From positions 10,874 through 74,873 of the IMG/VR virus record IMGVR_UViG_3300020183_000053: 64,000 bases of DNA; one strand, written 5' to 3'. A program made the position numbers and the translations under genes. The number at the start of each line of letters is the position of its first letter. Position 1 is the first letter of the stretch. The notes under the pieces were generated by a model. That model was not told where the DNA came from, ran no database searches, and worked only from the letters and a program-made list of their open reading frames with translations. Origin of the DNA: a virus. This document shows, piece by piece, positions 61,580 through 64,000 of the stretch.

Positions 61580-62559
61580 TCGGTGTCCTCCACGTGTACG
61601 TCCACCACCTGCGCGCGTGGCACCGCCTGCAGGATGGTGGCAAGCTCGGCCACCTCGACCTGCATGGCAGCCAGCAGCGCCGGGCCGCCACGCTTGCGGG
61701 CGTCGGCCAGCCGGGCGCTCTCCTGGGCCACCTCGTGCGTGTGGGTGTGCTGCACCTGCACCTGCCCAGCCACCGCCACCTGCTCAGTGGGCAGCCCGGT
61801 CAGCAGGGCGCGCGCCTTGATCAGCTGCGGAATGTCGCCCACCTGCACGCGCAGCTCACCGCTCTGCACCTTCTTGGCAATCAGCCCCAGGGTGGCGTCA
61901 ATCAGCAGCACCTGCCGCCGCACGTCCTCGTCGCGCAGGTGGTTCGCCAGAACCTTTCGGCGCAGCTTTCGCACGTATTCCTGCGGGTCTAACTGCCCCA
62001 GCTCGGCATCTGATAGTGGTGTGCTGAACGGTGGTGCGGTTACCCGCTTCGCCTCTGTCGCAGCCGCACCGTCAGCTGGTGGCGGTGGTGTGGGTGCAGG
62101 CGCAGGTGCTGCTGGCTGCACTGTAGGGTCCACGCCCTGGGTGCCCGCGCCCTGCCGTTCCGCAGACACTTGATGCCGCACTGCTGCGAAGCCAGCGCGG
62201 TCCAGCACCACGTCCATCGCCATCTGCAGGGCGGCCACCTTGGCACTGCCCGGCTGCAGGTCCATCAGCGCCCGGTAGCCGCGCAGTGCGTGCCATTCGG
62301 CGTCGGGCACCTGCACCAGCCTGCGGTCCCAGGCGAACCTGCTGGCCCACAGGCGCACGTTCGCATCGCCGCAGTTCAGCGCGGTGCCGATCAGCCGCTT
62401 GCTCCGCTCTGTGGGTTCAGACAGGCACCACAGCAGGAAGGCAGCATAGGCGCGGTCGTTTTCGGCCTGCCTGGGCTGCAGTGGTTCGGGCAGTGTAGCC
62501 AGCTCGCCCCGCTCTGCAGCGGGTGCGGGTGGCGCTGGAGTTAGAACCTTGCGGGGCAT
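61576..62559 (-). CDS. Terminase small subunit-like protein
   Basis: E..RAYAAF..W...RS...W...W.RR HTH pattern; first gene of the packaging operon. Confidence 0.55.
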   Translation of the reverse strand: MPRKVLTPAPPAPAAERGELATLPEPLQPRQAENDRAYAAFLLWCLSEPTERSKRLIGTALNCGDANVRLWASRFAWDRRLVQVPDAEWHALRGYRALMDLQPGSAKVAALQMAMDVVLDRAGFAAVRHQVSAERQGAGTQGVDPTVQPAAPAPAPTPPPPADGAAATEAKRVTAPPFSTPLSDAELGQLDPQEYVRKLRRKVLANHLRDEDVRRQVLLIDATLGLIAKKVQSGELRVQVGDIPQLIKARALLTGLPTEQVAVAGQVQVQHTHTHEVAQESARLADARKRGGPALLAAMQVEVAELATILQAVPRAQVVDVHVEDTE

Positions 62560-62565
62560 GGCGGC

Positions 62566-62575
62566 ACGCTATCAC
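62566..62575 (-). promoter_or_regulatory. Extended -10 promoter-like motif (class II), probable leaderless mRNA
   Basis: GTGATAGCGT ends 6 nt before ATG 62559. Confidence 0.5.
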
Positions 62576-62644
62576 ACCACTGCGCACCCTGCCTGCGCAG
62601 CTGCGCGGGTAGCTGCGCAGTGGGTGCGCAGCACGTGGTGGTGG

Positions 62645-62893
62645 TCACGCAGTGCCGTGCAGTGCGTGGTCCAGAATGAACCCAGGCACACGCACCAGCC
62701 CAGCGGCATCCCGCCACGCACGCACCACACGCAGGCGGCCCTCCTGCTCGTCTGCGGCCAGCCCCACCACCTCGGCGCGGCCTTCGGGCTGGCGCAGGCG
62801 CCACAGCACCGCAGCCCCGTGCCGCTCCACGCTGGCCACGCAGCCGCCCTCCAGCGGCAGCTGCCACACGGTGAACACGTGCTGGCGCCTCAC
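62645..62893 (-). CDS. Hypothetical protein
   Basis: Gene tiling. Confidence 0.45.
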   Translation of the reverse strand: MRRQHVFTVWQLPLEGGCVASVERHGAAVLWRLRQPEGRAEVVGLAADEQEGRLRVVRAWRDAAGLVRVPGFILDHALHGTA

Positions 62894-63099
62894 TGGCCCA
62901 CCCGCTGGTGGCCGAATGGCTCACCGGCCTCGATGCGGTCGGCCAGCTTGCGCACCAGCTCTGCACCGTGCTCGTCGCCCGCAGCGTGCAGCTGCAGGCG
63001 CACCACGCTGTCAAGCCACAGCAGCACCCAGGTGCGGGCCAGCTCGGCGCCCAGCTGCACGGCTTCGCGCACCGCCTTGTCATCACCCGGTGCTGCCAT
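62890..63099 (-). CDS. Hypothetical protein
   Basis: ATG with AGGAGG. Confidence 0.5.
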   Translation of the reverse strand: MAAPGDDKAVREAVQLGAELARTWVLLWLDSVVRLQLHAAGDEHGAELVRKLADRIEAGEPFGHQRVGQ

Positions 63100-63421
63100 C
63101 ACCCACCTCCTGCCAGCCACGCAGGCAGGTAGATGCTACGTCCACCGCCTCCAGCCGGGTGCGAAAGATCACGGGCCAGCGCGGTTCTTCGTTGGTGAGC
63201 ATGGTTTCGGTGCCACCGTTGCCGTTCGGCATGTCACACACCCACAGCACCAGCATCTCGTCACCCGCGCGCACCAGCGCAGCAGCCTGGAACCCGCACT
63301 GGTACGGCACCACCAGCACGGTGCCAGGGTACAGGCACGGGTCCAGCTCGTCGCTGTCCACTGTCAGCAGGGCGTGCGCCTGTTCTGGCGGGTTAGGGTT
63401 AGTGGGTTCACTTCCGTTCAT
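63083..63421 (-). CDS. Hypothetical protein
   Basis: ATG with AGGAG. Confidence 0.55.
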   Translation of the reverse strand: MNGSEPTNPNPPEQAHALLTVDSDELDPCLYPGTVLVVPYQCGFQAAALVRAGDEMLVLWVCDMPNGNGGTETMLTNEEPRWPVIFRTRLEAVDVASTCLRGWQEVGDGSTG

Positions 63422-63635
63422 TGTTGGCTCCTATGCTTGGATCTCGCGCCATAATGTCCAGGCACTTGTGGCAAGTCACGTCACTGCGGACATACGTGCA
63501 GGCGCCCACCTGCTCGGCCAGCCGCTCGGCACGGCCACCGCTGCAGCAGGCAGGGTAGTGCGGCAGGCACAGGCGCCACCAGCCCAGCCGGTCGCGCCAG
63601 CGTGCACCACCACTCCAGTGCACGCGCCGGTTCAT
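63408..63635 (-). CDS. Small Cys-rich hypothetical protein
   Basis: VTCHKC motif; overlapping tiling. Confidence 0.5.
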   Translation of the reverse strand: MNRRVHWSGGARWRDRLGWWRLCLPHYPACCSGGRAERLAEQVGACTYVRSDVTCHKCLDIMARDPSIGANNERK

Positions 63636-64000
63636 GGCACTTCACGCAGGGCGGCCAGCAGCTCCAGGCACCGTTCCACGGCGCGGCCACGCTGGGCACC
63701 CTCTGGCGTGCGGCGTGCAACGTACACTGCCGCCAGCAGTGGCCCAGCATCGGGGCGGTGCAGCCGCTCCACGCGCATGGCGCGCGCAGCTTCGGCCCCG
63801 CGCCGCGTCTGCCGCAGCCAGAAGATGGCGGCCTCTGGCTCGTCCATCGGCCCCACCACCGGAGCGCGGGTGGCCTGCGGTGGTGCTGTGGCGGCACGGT
63901 CCAGGGCTTGGTGCGCCGCTGCGGCGCGGCGGTTTGCGGCGGCCTCGGCCTGCACGGCTGCTGCCAGCTGGGCGCGGGCTGCGGACAGGTCCGCGCGCAC
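63632..64000 (-). CDS. Hypothetical protein (start may lie outside the window)
   Basis: Open to the window edge. Confidence 0.5.
   Translation of the reverse strand: MRADLSAARAQLAAAVQAEAAANRRAAAAHQALDRAATAPPQATRAPVVGPMDEPEAAIFWLRQTRRGAEAARAMRVERLHRPDAGPLLAAVYVARRTPEGAQRGRAVERCLELLAALREVP

Noticed and set aside
1-64000. Stop-codon reassignment, tRNA/rRNA genes, reverse transcriptase/DGR, DNA polymerase
   Set aside because: Genes tile tightly under the standard code using all three stops; none of these elements was recognisable by eye (tRNA and covariance scans were not run)

Overview
The window is a near-complete, high-GC tailed phage genome of siphovirus type (tape measure and tail tube, no sheath). 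All credible genes but one lie on the minus strand. Read along the minus strand from the right end, the order is: small unknown genes; terS-like gene; TGT/DpdA-like gene #2; adenine methyltransferase; GpA-type terminase; portal fused to a MuF-like domain; prohead protease/scaffold; major capsid; a head-tail region with an inserted sugar module (RmlB, SAM methyltransferase, 941-aa triple-GT2 glycosyltransferase); tail genes (chaperone with a -1 slippery site); lysis genes; RmlD; an unknown/MoxR-AAA/VWA trio; RmlC; sigma factor; HTH; RecU; replication and recombination genes (two different primases, SF2 helicase, PD-(D/E)XK exonuclease, Sak4, SSB); a short serine recombinase; and a 7-deazaguanine (preQ0) cluster (yhhQ-like transporter, ParB-like, queE, folE, queD, queC, TGT/DpdA-like gene #1). 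The most notable observations are: (1) two DpdA-like paralogs with a full preQ0 pathway; (2) strong GA/TC dinucleotide depletion with CA/TG excess, which appears to shape codon and amino-acid use; (3) a candidate rhamnose-based virion glycosylation system; (4) two repeated promoter-like motif classes, including a 7-copy TTGCGC..TAAC-N9-GTTA element. All calls come from reading motifs by eye. No database search was run, and the host cannot be determined.
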